Shown one piece after another: positions 1 through 10,165 of a DNA stretch of 64,000 bases. The notes beneath the pieces were generated by a model. It had not been told where the DNA came from. It did no database searches and saw only the letters and a list, made by a program, of their open reading frames with translations. The stretch is from Phycisphaerales bacterium (GTDB lineage: Bacteria > Planctomycetota > Phycisphaerae > WQYP01). Positions within the stretch are counted from its first letter, which is position 1; every line of letters starts with the position of its first letter. A program made the translations under genes and the position numbers. The DNA lies in NCBI GenBank assembly GCA_009781185.1, contig WQYP01000003.1:7219-71218 (forward strand), read 5' to 3'.

Positions 1-564
1 GCTGCAAGCCTGGCCTACGTCGCACTGCATCAGCAGGATTCAGCGGGGCTCGCGGTCTTCGATCAAAAAGTCCGACGATTCATCAAACCCAGCAACAATC
101 CCCGCCAATGGCGAGTGATCGTCGATGAACTCACCACCATTGCAAAGAATCAGAAAACGCAAACAGGCACGATTCTCGATGAAATCGCAGAACAGTTGCA
201 CCACCGTTCGCTGATCGTACTGATCAGCGATCTTTTTGATGATCCGCGAAATATCGTCAAAGGTATACAGCATCTGCGTTATCGGCGGCACGATCTGATC
301 GTGCTGCAGATTCTCGACCACGACGAATTGGAGTTCCCTTTTGAGAGCACGACGCTGTTCAAAGGGATGGAGGAGATGGGCGAATTGGTGGTCGAGCCGC
401 GGGCACTGCGGGAGACGTACATCGACGAACTTCGGAAGCATTCGCAGATTTTGCGAGATGAATGCCATAAGCTGCATGTGGATTATGTGCAGGTGGATAC
501 AAGTATGCCATTAGATGTGACGCTGCCTGGATTTTTGGCGACGCGCGCAGCGAGGATGAAGTGA
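1..564 (+). CDS. DUF58 domain protein, C-terminal part. The 5' end lies upstream of the window; frame 1 is open from nt 1.
   Basis: Open frame from position 1 to the stop at 562-564. Translation has a DUF58-like C-terminal region (…LIVLISDLFDD…DLIVLQILDHDELEFPF…). It sits immediately upstream of BatA-like genes, as in MoxR-DUF58-BatA operons. Confidence 0.6.
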   Translation, partial: AASLAYVALHQQDSAGLAVFDQKVRRFIKPSNNPRQWRVIVDELTTIAKNQKTQTGTILDEIAEQLHHRSLIVLISDLFDDPRNIVKGIQHLRYRRHDLIVLQILDHDELEFPFESTTLFKGMEEMGELVVEPRALRETYIDELRKHSQILRDECHKLHVDYVQVDTSMPLDVTLPGFLATRAARMK

Positions 565-565
565 A

Positions 566-2824
566 ATGCTCGATCACTTGAACATCCTAGCATTCGGTTT
601 CCTGGCACCGTGGCTTTTTGCGGCGGGTGCGGCGGCGACTTCGATCCCGATCATTATTCATCTGCTCAATAAGCGGAAGTTCCGGATCATTGTCTGGGCG
701 GCGATGGAGTTTTTGCTCGCGGCGCAGCGGCGAAACGCACGGCGCCTGCGATTTCGGCGATGGCTGCTGCTGGCGGTCAGATGCCTCGCATTGCTGGTGC
801 TCGCGGCGGCGGTCGGGCAAATGGTGCTCGACAACACGGCGATCGGATCGCTCTTCGGCGGACAACGCGCCATCATCGTGATCCTCGATGATTCCTATTC
901 CATGGCATATCAACGGCCCGGCACAGCGTCGGCCTTTGAGCGTTCCAGAAAACTGCTCAAGGACTGGCTCGGAAAACTTTCATCGTCAGATAAGGTAATG
1001 TTGATCCGTGCAAGTCGCGGAGGCGTACAGGCGGGCAATCGCGCAACGTCCGATCATGCCGGGCTCGAGTCGCAGATCAAGGCAATGGAAGTTTCGGACG
1101 CGGGGACCGATCTTGCCGCAGCATTGGACCAGGCGGCCGAAACGCTCAAGGAGATGGAACGGACCGTCCCGACGCGTGATGTGATGCTGCTGACCGATTT
1201 TTCGAACAGCTCAATCCAGGATCCTCCGAAAGGCATCGAGCAGACGCAGCGGGCGAGGAACCTGGAAGGCGAACGTCTGAAGAAAGCGGTAGAAACGGTC
1301 AAGGCTCACGCTACACAGTTCCGCGTTTTCGACCTTGGCACGGATGACCAAATGAACATAGCTGTGACAGATTTGAGGACGGAGCGGCCGGTAGTGATTG
1401 CCGGGCAGCCTTCAATTTTCAATGTTACGGTAATGAATGCGAAGCAGGATTCTGAGATCGATGTGCCGTTGACGATTTTTCTCGACGGTGTCGCGGTGCA
1501 GACGGAGAAGCTGCCGAAGCTTGAAGTTGGCAGTCCGCGAACGGTGCCGGTGAAGGTAATCGTTCCGACGCCGGGACGCCATTTGATCGAAGCGCGTATT
1601 CCTGACGAGATGGACTTTTTGCCGATCGACAACGTTCGGCATTTGATGATTGACGCGAGGCGAGAAATTCCGATCCTGCTGGTGGAAGGCGATCCCGGCG
1701 ACGGGGGGCGGACCAGTTGGGGCAGTACGTCCTACGTTCGCACGGCATTGCCGTCGGCGGCACAGTTGGGCGTTTTTTCCCGCAAAACGATCACCGATCT
1801 CGAACTGCCCACGGTTCCGCTGGAGCCGTTCTCGGTGGTGATTCTTACGGATTCGCCGGCCCCTCGCAGCGCTGCCTTGCGGGAAAATCTGCGGAAATAC
1901 GTGGACAAGGGCGGCGTGCTGATGATCTTCCCCGGAGCGAATACCAACGTCCGTGAGATGAATGATTTGCTGGGAGACGCGGGCATACAGTTGCTGCCGG
2001 CGACGCTTGGCCAACCGATGGATATGGGTACAGGCGTCGGCTTCGATATAGCAGGCAGCAATCATCCGGTGATTGATAAACTTAAACGCCATTTTGAAGG
2101 GGGCGAAGATCCTGGGTTTAAGTCGGTGCAGACGATGCGTTATTTGAAGCTGGGGGTGCCGCTGGATGGCAGTGCGGAGGTGATTCTGAACTATGCAAAC
2201 GGAGGGAGAGGTGGCGAAACGAAAAACGACGCGGCGGTGGTGATGCGGCGTGTTGAAAAGGGGAAGGTGGTGCTATTTGCCAGTTCCGCAGATACAAGTT
2301 GGAATACATGGGGCGGGAAGCCGTCGTTTTTGCCGTTTATGGTGGAACTGGTTTATCACACGATTTCCGCGGATGGCGGCGGGCTGACGCTGAGTGTGGG
2401 CGATCAGATCAATCTGCCGGGCGAAGTCGAAAATCCGGGCGCGTGGACGGGGCCAAGAGGTATTCGATTCAGCGTCAATTCAGCGTTGGACCAGGACGGT
2501 CGGCCGCGACTGACGAGCATGGGGCTTCCGGCGGCCGGTGTTTATGGGCCTGAAGGACGCGCCGTAGTTGCGGTAAATCCTGATGCGGAGGAAGTTGATA
2601 TTCGCCATGTGAGCGCTGCTCAGATGGCCGGGGCAATGGGTATTCAGAGCGACGAGATTGTCACCCCGTTAGCCCCCGGCTCTGCCGGGGGTTCGGCCTG
2701 GCTTGTCGCGGCGGACTCGAAAAACACTGGCGGCTCGGAGCTCGCCCGGAATCTGCTCCTCGCCGCCTTCGCTTTGTTCCTTGTTGAAACTTTGCTCGCT
2801 CGTATATTCTCGGTTTATCGATGA
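566..2824 (+). CDS. BatA-like aerotolerance-operon protein: N-terminal double-TM domain plus von Willebrand factor A domain.
   Basis: N-terminus MLDHLNILAFGFLAPWLF…HLLNKRKFRII…RRWLLLAV matches the BatA N-terminal double-TM domain. VWA MIDAS-like motif IIVILDDSYSM. 752 aa. Start is 2 nt after the upstream stop. Confidence 0.75.
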   Translation: MLDHLNILAFGFLAPWLFAAGAAATSIPIIIHLLNKRKFRIIVWAAMEFLLAAQRRNARRLRFRRWLLLAVRCLALLVLAAAVGQMVLDNTAIGSLFGGQRAIIVILDDSYSMAYQRPGTASAFERSRKLLKDWLGKLSSSDKVMLIRASRGGVQAGNRATSDHAGLESQIKAMEVSDAGTDLAAALDQAAETLKEMERTVPTRDVMLLTDFSNSSIQDPPKGIEQTQRARNLEGERLKKAVETVKAHATQFRVFDLGTDDQMNIAVTDLRTERPVVIAGQPSIFNVTVMNAKQDSEIDVPLTIFLDGVAVQTEKLPKLEVGSPRTVPVKVIVPTPGRHLIEARIPDEMDFLPIDNVRHLMIDARREIPILLVEGDPGDGGRTSWGSTSYVRTALPSAAQLGVFSRKTITDLELPTVPLEPFSVVILTDSPAPRSAALRENLRKYVDKGGVLMIFPGANTNVREMNDLLGDAGIQLLPATLGQPMDMGTGVGFDIAGSNHPVIDKLKRHFEGGEDPGFKSVQTMRYLKLGVPLDGSAEVILNYANGGRGGETKNDAAVVMRRVEKGKVVLFASSADTSWNTWGGKPSFLPFMVELVYHTISADGGGLTLSVGDQINLPGEVENPGAWTGPRGIRFSVNSALDQDGRPRLTSMGLPAAGVYGPEGRAVVAVNPDAEEVDIRHVSAAQMAGAMGIQSDEIVTPLAPGSAGGSAWLVAADSKNTGGSELARNLLLAAFALFLVETLLARIFSVYR
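2668..2693. repeat. 26-nt palindrome gttagcccccggctctgccgggggtt inside the BatA-like CDS.
   Basis: Identical 26-mer at 34250-34275 (inside the GT39 CDS). The core also forms the rpsA terminator (34536-34554), and a variant lies at 28998-29020. Confidence 0.75.
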
Positions 2825-5361
2825 TGATCCACCCTGCAAAGCAGGGTTGCTACTTGGGTTGCCTGGTAAATATGTTGCAAAATGTTTTTGAATTTCTGTT
2901 TTCGTTGAATCGCGTGTCGATAACGCCGGGGACGCGGTTTCATTTTGCGGTGGATTGGCGGGGGTGGATTCTACCGGCAGTGATTACGCTTTTCGCTATC
3001 GGGTGGTGGTCGTATCGGCGGCAGAGCGTGGCGACGGGGCGGCGAGTCTGGCTGTGGATCGTGCGAGGAACGCTACTGGCGGCGCTGTTTATGCTGTTTT
3101 GCCGGCCGGAACTGGTGCTCGATCGGGAGGAGCGAATTCGCAGCGTCGTGGCGGTGTGGGTGGATTCGTCAGCGTCCATGACGCTGGAAGACTCCTATAA
3201 AGATGCGCCGATGGCAGAATTCGTCAGGCAATTGGCCCAACAGAATAACGGCGTGCCGCCCGACCAGACGCGGCTCAATCGCTATCAAGTTTCCGTCGCT
3301 ACATTGAACAACGCACAGTGGCTCAAAACGCTCGCTGAAACGCAGGACATTTCTTTCTATAGCGGCTCTTCGCATGCGCGGCTCCTGGGCACCGCGTACT
3401 CGCCGCAGCAAGTGCAAACATGGGTCGATCAGCTTAAGGCGGAAAAACCCACCGGCGAGAGCACCGATGTGCCGACCGTCATCCGTGAAATTCTGCAAAG
3501 CGTGCAGGGGACGCATGTGAGCGCTTTGGTGCTGCTGACGGATGGGCAGACCAATGAGTCAGGGTCGCGGATGGATCAATCGATTGCTCTGGCGCGAAGT
3601 TCAAATGCAAAGGTTTTCGCGTTGCCATTGGGGCAGAAGGAAGAGCCCTTCAATTTGAAACTTTCGAATATGCAGGTTCCGCCGCAGGCATTCGTACATG
3701 ATCCGGTGGCGGTAAAGGTGCGGATTTCCGGCACAGGCATTGACCGGCCGACACAGATCAAGGCGTCGCTCTATCGTAAGCAGGACGAAACTTTGACGCT
3801 GCTGCACGATCGACAGGGGGCTCCCGTCGAGAAGGTTTTTACGCTGGAGCCGGGGCACGCACAGATCGACACGGAGCTTATTTTCAATCCTGATAAGAAG
3901 GGGGGGGATGCCGAGGATTTTGATTTGATTGCAAAGATCGAGCCGGTGGATATGACGGCAGGCGAGGAACTGACAGTTGCGGATAATCAGCAGAACGGGC
4001 GTACACGAGTGATCGATGCGCAAATTAACGTTTTGTATGTCGATGGCTACCCGCGTTGGGAATTCCGCTATTTGAAGAATGAATTGATCCGGGAGCGAAC
4101 GGTGAATGTCTCGGCGCTGCTGCTGAGCGCGGATATGGACTTTGCACAGGAAGGCGATCCGCGAATCGTCGACTCAAGCGGACATGAAAAGTTTCCGGGG
4201 CCGATTACTCGCTTCCCGGAGACTGCGGAAGAACTTCGCCCGTATGACGTGATTCTGATCGGCGACGTCGAAGCTTCGTATTTCAGCCCATCGCAACAGA
4301 AGCTGATTCTCGATTTCGTCAAGAACAGCGGAGGCGGCGTCGGATGGATCGCAGGCCCAAATTTCAATCCCGAAACTTACAAAGGAACGCCGCTCGAATC
4401 ACTGCTGCCGATTTTACCGGATGAAGTTGATCTGCGGATGCGAGTGATGCCGTTGGTTGATAACAAGGGCTTCAATCTCGAGCTCACGGCAGCGGGCAAA
4501 GAGAGCAACCTATTTCGTTTCTTCGATGATCCCGAGGCAAACGTCAAGCAGATCGCCGACATGCCGCCGATGTACTGGTACAAACCGATCGTGGGCCTGC
4601 GTCCGGCGGCGGAGGTGCTGGCGGTACATCCGACCGACAAGCAGGGCGGACTGCCCGTACCGCTGATCGTCACCGGCCGCAACGGCAAGGGCCGCACCAT
4701 GTTCAGCGCCGTCTGCGACACTTGGCGATGGCGACGTTATACCGGCGAACCCCTCTTCCAGAGTTATTGGTTGCAGATGTGTCGGCTTCTGTATGAAGGC
4801 AAGGCGACCGGCGACGCGGGACGTCTGCAACTGATCGCCGAGTCCAGCCGCGTGGAGGTCGGCAAGCCGATCAAGCTGAAACTGGCGATCCACGATCCGA
4901 CGCTGCTCGGCCAGATTCCCACCAAGGTTCCGGTCACCGTGACGGATAACGCCGGCCACGCCATCGCCACAATCGTTCTGCAACGTTCCACCACCGGCAG
5001 CGAAGAACGTCTGGAAGGAATGACCACCGCAACACAGATCGGCGAAATGACGCTGCGAATCGAACCTGGCGTTCTGCCAACAACGGTGGAAAACCTACAG
5101 ATCCTCATCGAACGTCCAGGCCGCGAAATGCAGACCACCACGGCAGACCTCGACAGCCTCGAAACCCTCGCCACCCGCACCACCGGCGAAGTACTCCCCC
5201 CCTACCGAGCCGATCAACTCAGCAAGCTTATTCCGGATCGCGGTCTGCCGACGATTCATTCGCTGTCGGAGGAACTCTGGGACAAGCCGATTGCGCTGGT
5301 GCTGGTGGTAGGATTGGCAACCATCGAGTGGCTTTTGCGCAAGCGCGCGGGGCTGATTTAG
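2821..5361 (+). CDS. Second BatA/BatB-like VWA-domain membrane protein with a DUF4159/ThuA-like C-terminal domain. The alternative start at 2872 (MLQNVFEFLFSL…) may be the true start.
   Basis: TM helix, then VWA motif VVAVWVDSSASM. The C-terminal region (YVDGYPRWEFRYLKNEL…VILIGDVE…GGGVGWIAG) is typical of BatA-family proteins of Planctomycetes. ATGA 4-bp overlap with the upstream gene. C-terminal TM helix. Confidence 0.7.
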   Translation: MMIHPAKQGCYLGCLVNMLQNVFEFLFSLNRVSITPGTRFHFAVDWRGWILPAVITLFAIGWWSYRRQSVATGRRVWLWIVRGTLLAALFMLFCRPELVLDREERIRSVVAVWVDSSASMTLEDSYKDAPMAEFVRQLAQQNNGVPPDQTRLNRYQVSVATLNNAQWLKTLAETQDISFYSGSSHARLLGTAYSPQQVQTWVDQLKAEKPTGESTDVPTVIREILQSVQGTHVSALVLLTDGQTNESGSRMDQSIALARSSNAKVFALPLGQKEEPFNLKLSNMQVPPQAFVHDPVAVKVRISGTGIDRPTQIKASLYRKQDETLTLLHDRQGAPVEKVFTLEPGHAQIDTELIFNPDKKGGDAEDFDLIAKIEPVDMTAGEELTVADNQQNGRTRVIDAQINVLYVDGYPRWEFRYLKNELIRERTVNVSALLLSADMDFAQEGDPRIVDSSGHEKFPGPITRFPETAEELRPYDVILIGDVEASYFSPSQQKLILDFVKNSGGGVGWIAGPNFNPETYKGTPLESLLPILPDEVDLRMRVMPLVDNKGFNLELTAAGKESNLFRFFDDPEANVKQIADMPPMYWYKPIVGLRPAAEVLAVHPTDKQGGLPVPLIVTGRNGKGRTMFSAVCDTWRWRRYTGEPLFQSYWLQMCRLLYEGKATGDAGRLQLIAESSRVEVGKPIKLKLAIHDPTLLGQIPTKVPVTVTDNAGHAIATIVLQRSTTGSEERLEGMTTATQIGEMTLRIEPGVLPTTVENLQILIERPGREMQTTTADLDSLETLATRTTGEVLPPYRADQLSKLIPDRGLPTIHSLSEELWDKPIALVLVVGLATIEWLLRKRAGLI

Positions 5362-5383
5362 CCTTGCGTGGAAACGCAAGGCT
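5359..5383 (+). repeat. Stop-codon-embedded stem-loop tagccttgcg-tggaaa-cgcaaggct; second copy at 12735-12764.
   Basis: Perfect 9-12-bp stems, each starting with the stop codon of the upstream gene. No U-tract. Confidence 0.7.
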
Positions 5384-5508
5384 GCGAACGCCAGAGACCC
5401 TCATGGAACGCATGTGTTCGACACGCAGGAGGCGTTAAGCCTCGCGTGTCCCACACAAGGCTATTGAAATAGGGCAGAACCGGCGGCAACGTTGAATCAG
5501 GTGAAACT

Positions 5509-8500
5509 ATGTCACAAGCAACTGCAACCACCGACACACATCCGCTCGTGGAACGCATCACCCGGATGCGCAGCCGCGTACGGACGGTGGTCGGGCTTTT
5601 CGGCGGCGGCGTACTGGTGAGCGCCGGCGTTGGGGGGATGGCGGGGTTGATGATGGGGGACTATTTGATTCATCTGTCGGCAATGCAGCGGCTTGTGCTG
5701 ATGATCATGTGGGTTATGGCTCTGGGCGCCATCGCATGGCGCGTTCTGATTCATCCGCTTTCCACGCGGCTCACGGATCAGTTCCTTGCCAGCCGTGTGG
5801 AAAACGTTCACAAAGATCTCGAAGACGAACTGATGTCCGCAGTGCATTTCATCCATGCGGGCACAACGAAAACGAACGCTCTCGCTGCACGGCACGTGGA
5901 CGCGGCGGCGGCCAAGACAGCGTCAATTCGGTTTGAAGAAGCGATAGATTTCCGCCGATCCGGCAAGGCGTTGGGGATTGCGGCGCTGGTCGTCGTGGTG
6001 ACGACGATGATTGTTGCCTTGAATCCAAATCTCGGGCGTATCGCTCTTTCACGCTGGTTTTCCGCCAGTCCACTGGATTGGCCGCGGTTTACTACAGTGA
6101 TGTTCGCATGGGGAACGGAAGGCAACAAACCACCTACGGTGCTGCCCATCGGCGAACAGCTTCTTGTGCAAGCCAAAGTGGTGCAGGGCGGCTCGCCATC
6201 GCAGCGAGTATACCTGCGTGCATGGGGTGATCATGAAAGTGCTCGAAGCGAACTGATGACGTACCAGCCGGCGATGAGTGGCGACAATGAATTCGTCTAC
6301 GAACGGACTCTCGAACCTCGTGGCGAACGCACCCTTTCTCTGAAAATCGAAGCCGGCGACGACACCGAGCAACCGCCCGTCAACATCCGCCTCGCCCCGC
6401 GACCGATCATCAACGAGCTCACGGCTTCGATCACGCCGCCGGATTATGTGCGAGATCTGAAGGATGCTTCGAAGCCGGCGCCTGCCGTCACGACCGACAT
6501 GATGATTCGGGAAGGCCGCGCTGTGGAGGGGGCGACGGTCAAGTTTCGCATTCATGCCACGAAGCCGTTCCTGTGCGACGATCGCGGGGAAAGGAGGGGG
6601 CCTGAAGTGAAGCTGCTCTCCGATGCAAAAGATGTCGATGTAAGTATTGGTTCCAGCCGTCGGCTTATTGACGCAAATACCGCAGAGATGACTTTCCAGG
6701 CGAAGGAGTCGTGGAATGCACGGATCATCATGCGAGATACCGACGGCTTCGAAAATCATGCGGGCGGTACCGTGCGACTGGTCGTGGTGCCTGATGGTTT
6801 GCCGTCCGTGGTGATCACCGAGCCGCGGCGTCTGAGCGATCGCAGTCCGACGGCGATGGTGAGCATTGTCGTGCAAGGAACGGACGATCTGGGGCTCGAC
6901 GGCGTGAAGCTCGTCGCCGAGAAGTACAACGCCAAACCCGGCGATGCTCCGGTTTTTGAGACGCCGCTTGCGTGGGCGGAATTAACGGTGGATCAAGCCT
7001 CCGGCAGCACTTCCGGACGGGCAAATTATCGGTGGGACCTCTCGCTGCTGAATCTGCAGCCGGAAGCCCGTCTGAGTTTTTATGCGATGGTGCAGGATAA
7101 CTACAGCGTCAACGGAACGCGTCATCCGTGGGTGAAATCGGGGGCGATGACGCTGCAGATTCGCAGCGCCAGCGACATCGAGCGCGAAGCTCGCCAGCAG
7201 CTCAACGACATCAAGGATCGTATCAAATCACTCAAGGCCGCAGAGGAAAAGAATCAAGGCCAGACGGACGTGATCAAGGCGGCTGCCGAAAAAACCGGCG
7301 TAACAACAGCACAGCAGAAAGAACAACTCGCCCAGCTTTCGCAGCAGGAAAGCCAACAAGCGTCCACCGCGATGTCCATTCAACAGAAACTCGAACAGAT
7401 TCGCGGCGATCTTGCGGAGAACAAACTCACCGATGGCGAACTGGCGAAGCTGGCACAAACAATTTCGCAGGGCATGAATGATATCGGTCAGAACGATATG
7501 CCCAAGGCCGCGAGTGAATTGGGCAAGGCGCACGACGCCGCGGGCAATCAGGAACCCGGCAAACAAAACGAACAATCAAAGTCCGAAGCGAAGCAAACCG
7601 CACAAGCCGCATCAAATGCAAGCCAAAAACAGGCCGAAGCGATCGCCAAGATGGAGAACATGATCGACCAGTTGGGAGCCGCAGGCGATTTGGCAGAGGC
7701 GCAACGGGTGCTCCGCGACATCAAGGCTCGGCAGGATAAGCTCAACACGGATACCAACCGCACCGCCATCGACACCCGCGGCAAAGACGTCAAAGACCTC
7801 ACACCCGATGAGAAAAAACGTCTCGATGCGTTAGCGAATCGCCAGCAGCAATTGCACCAGGAAACGCAAAGCGCCATCAAGGACATGGAGGATTCAGCGC
7901 GTCGGGCAAAACAGAATGATCCGGCTGCTTCGGAAAGCCTCTCGCAGGCTGCCAGGTCCGGCAGAGAAAACGACGTCCCCGGCAAACAGGACGAAGCATC
8001 AAAAAATATCAGCAAAAACCAGACAGCAACCGCGTCTGGCAATCAGGGCCAGGCGAGCCAGGGCCTGCAACAAATGCTCGACGAACTCAACAAGAACGAA
8101 AAGCGAGCGCTGGAGCAATTGCAGCGGCAACTTGCGGACCTGATCAGAGAAGTCAAAAAACTCAAGAACGACCAGGAGCAAATCAAAGACGACACAGAAG
8201 CGGCGGGAGGAAGGGGGGGGAAAAACTCGAAACTCGAAACTCGAAACTCGAAACTGGGTGACCGCCAGGAAACGCTGCACATGAACACGATCGTCGTGCA
8301 AAAAAAGGCATTGAACACGAAGGACGGCAAGGAGGCTGCGGCAGATATCCGTGACGCTGCTGAGCAGATGGGGCTTGCCGCCGCGGCTCTCTACGGCAAC
8401 AAACAGCCGGCCGCGATTGCTCCGGAAGACAATGCCGTCGCCTGCCTGGCTGAGGCCATTAAAAAACTGGAAAATCTCAAGGAAAAAGTCGACAACGCAT

Positions 8501-9159
8501 TGAAAACAAACGATCTCGCGGAGTTCATCAAAAAGTATGAAGCGATCCGCGATGCCCAGATCAACATGAAGAAAACGACGGATAACGTCGAAAGTCGACG
8601 GCTGGCATCGGAGGAAAAGGAGTTCGACCACCTGGGTCTCAAGCAACTCGCGGACCTCGTTAAAACGCAGCAGGATCAGATCGACCGGATCGCCAAACTC
8701 TCCAGCGATGAAAAACTCAAGGAATATGACATCGTCGTATGGATGAATGGCCAGATCATCGAGGCAATGGGCACCAGCAAAACCGGCCTGAGCAAGGCAC
8801 AACTCGGTCGCCAAATCGCCTCCGCCCAGCAAACCGCGATCGACCGCATCCAGGACATTATCGACGCTCTCAAAGAGGAAAAGAATAAGTCGGAGTTCGA
8901 ACAGGATTCCAACGGCGGCGGCGGCAGCGGAAACGGCGGTCAGCAAAAGCGGCCCCTGCTGCCGCCGATAGCGCAGATGAAGCTCATCAAAGCCATGCAG
9001 AAAATCGTCATCACGCAAACAGTGAATGTCGATAAGGCCCTGCAAACCGCGACGTCAGAATCCGAAAAAACGCGACTAAAAGAAGAAGCCGCCAAAATCG
9101 GCAAAACGCAGGGCGACCTCAAAGCGGTGGTAAAAAAGACCATCGAGCAGATGCAGTAA
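5509..9159 (+). CDS. Large membrane protein (1216 aa): N-terminal TM helices, a beta-rich middle, and a ~600-aa Q/K/E-rich coiled-coil C-terminal half. DUF4175-like, Bat-operon associated.
   Basis: Long ORF with high GC3. Purine-rich aggtga 8 nt upstream of the ATG. Two N-terminal hydrophobic segments. C-terminal half is low-complexity and coiled-coil. Contains an in-frame G8 tract and a heptamer array at 8211-8249. Confidence 0.6.
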   Translation: MSQATATTDTHPLVERITRMRSRVRTVVGLFGGGVLVSAGVGGMAGLMMGDYLIHLSAMQRLVLMIMWVMALGAIAWRVLIHPLSTRLTDQFLASRVENVHKDLEDELMSAVHFIHAGTTKTNALAARHVDAAAAKTASIRFEEAIDFRRSGKALGIAALVVVVTTMIVALNPNLGRIALSRWFSASPLDWPRFTTVMFAWGTEGNKPPTVLPIGEQLLVQAKVVQGGSPSQRVYLRAWGDHESARSELMTYQPAMSGDNEFVYERTLEPRGERTLSLKIEAGDDTEQPPVNIRLAPRPIINELTASITPPDYVRDLKDASKPAPAVTTDMMIREGRAVEGATVKFRIHATKPFLCDDRGERRGPEVKLLSDAKDVDVSIGSSRRLIDANTAEMTFQAKESWNARIIMRDTDGFENHAGGTVRLVVVPDGLPSVVITEPRRLSDRSPTAMVSIVVQGTDDLGLDGVKLVAEKYNAKPGDAPVFETPLAWAELTVDQASGSTSGRANYRWDLSLLNLQPEARLSFYAMVQDNYSVNGTRHPWVKSGAMTLQIRSASDIEREARQQLNDIKDRIKSLKAAEEKNQGQTDVIKAAAEKTGVTTAQQKEQLAQLSQQESQQASTAMSIQQKLEQIRGDLAENKLTDGELAKLAQTISQGMNDIGQNDMPKAASELGKAHDAAGNQEPGKQNEQSKSEAKQTAQAASNASQKQAEAIAKMENMIDQLGAAGDLAEAQRVLRDIKARQDKLNTDTNRTAIDTRGKDVKDLTPDEKKRLDALANRQQQLHQETQSAIKDMEDSARRAKQNDPAASESLSQAARSGRENDVPGKQDEASKNISKNQTATASGNQGQASQGLQQMLDELNKNEKRALEQLQRQLADLIREVKKLKNDQEQIKDDTEAAGGRGGKNSKLETRNSKLGDRQETLHMNTIVVQKKALNTKDGKEAAADIRDAAEQMGLAAAALYGNKQPAAIAPEDNAVACLAEAIKKLENLKEKVDNALKTNDLAEFIKKYEAIRDAQINMKKTTDNVESRRLASEEKEFDHLGLKQLADLVKTQQDQIDRIAKLSSDEKLKEYDIVVWMNGQIIEAMGTSKTGLSKAQLGRQIASAQQTAIDRIQDIIDALKEEKNKSEFEQDSNGGGGSGNGGQQKRPLLPPIAQMKLIKAMQKIVITQTVNVDKALQTATSESEKTRLKEEAAKIGKTQGDLKAVVKKTIEQMQ

Positions 9160-9369
9160 CGCGGGCGTCTCGCCCTCGTGTCATCAGAGCCGCGACCGCA
9201 AGGTCGCCTCGCGATTATCAGAGCTGCGAGCGTAAGCTCGCCTCCTACGCCCGAAGGGCGTCAACATACGTAGCCGGGGGCAACGCCCCCGGTGAACATA
9301 CCCCCACAGACGTCATGCCCTGAAAGGGCACGACATCTTGTGATACCCATAACGAAACGGAACCATGGC
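9160..9369 (+). repeat. Array of five or more short GC hairpins with GNRA/tri-loops between the large coiled-coil gene and the next gene.
   Basis: gcgacc-GCAA-ggtcgc; gcgagc-GTAA-gctcgc; cgccc-gaa-gggcg; ccgggggc-aac-gcccccgg; tgccct-gaa-agggca. The first two units begin with cagagccgcga, like the CDS-inserted family. Confidence 0.55.
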
Positions 9370-10137
9370 ATGATGACGACGATGAAAACAACCTGCACAT
9401 GGCTGATTGCAATGGCATTAACGATCTCAACTGCGTCGTTGCGCAGCGAAGATCTGCTAGACCATGTCTTGAACGACAAGCCTCCCCCCGCCCCCACCAG
9501 CACCACCAAGCCCGCCGAGCCACCCCCCCCCACCCCCATTCGTCCAAACATGCCCGACCTCATCAGTCCCGACGCGGCCAAGCAACTCGACGATCAGGAC
9601 CTGCTCAACAAACTCACCGGACAGAGCAACACCGGCGCTGAAAGCGGCGGAGGGGGGGGGACCGCGGCCAAGATGAACCAGATCATGGAACGCATGGGCC
9701 AGAGCCAGGAACGACTCTCCAAAGAAAAAGATACCGGCCTGACCACGCAGGAAGTGCAGAGCCGCATCATGGTCGACATCGACGGAATAATCGAGTTGCT
9801 CAAGAAGCAGCAGTCGCAATCACAATCGCAGGGCAAGGGCCAGCCGAAGGAAGGCGACCAACGCCAACAATCGCAGCAACAGGGCCTGCAGCAGACGCAA
9901 GACAATCAGGCCGCTACCGAGAGTCGGCTGCCCGGCGGCGGCATCAGCAACCCGGGCGGCCCGGACGCCGAAATGCGAGAAGGACGCCTCACCTGGGGCG
10001 AACTGCCGGCAAAGGACCGCGACCTCGTCGCCAACGGCGCCAAGGAAAAATTCCTGCCTGAATACGAAGATATGATCAAACATTATTATGAAGCCCTCGC
10101 CGAACTGGGCAAATCCGATAAGTCAGATAAGGAATAA
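9370..10137 (+). CDS. Secreted Q/S-rich low-complexity protein (signal peptide MMTTMKTTCTWLIAMALTISTASL). Hypothetical.
   Basis: The ORF track begins at 9292, but the signal-peptide-like Met-Met at 9370 is the more plausible start. Proline-rich then glutamine-rich sequence; conserved C-terminal end (…KFLPEYEDMIKHYYEALAE). Contains C8 and G9 homopolymer tracts in frame. Confidence 0.45.
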   Translation: MMTTMKTTCTWLIAMALTISTASLRSEDLLDHVLNDKPPPAPTSTTKPAEPPPPTPIRPNMPDLISPDAAKQLDDQDLLNKLTGQSNTGAESGGGGGTAAKMNQIMERMGQSQERLSKEKDTGLTTQEVQSRIMVDIDGIIELLKKQQSQSQSQGKGQPKEGDQRQQSQQQGLQQTQDNQAATESRLPGGGISNPGGPDAEMREGRLTWGELPAKDRDLVANGAKEKFLPEYEDMIKHYYEALAELGKSDKSDKE

Positions 10138-10165
10138 TAATCAATGCGAAACATGCTGAAATATC

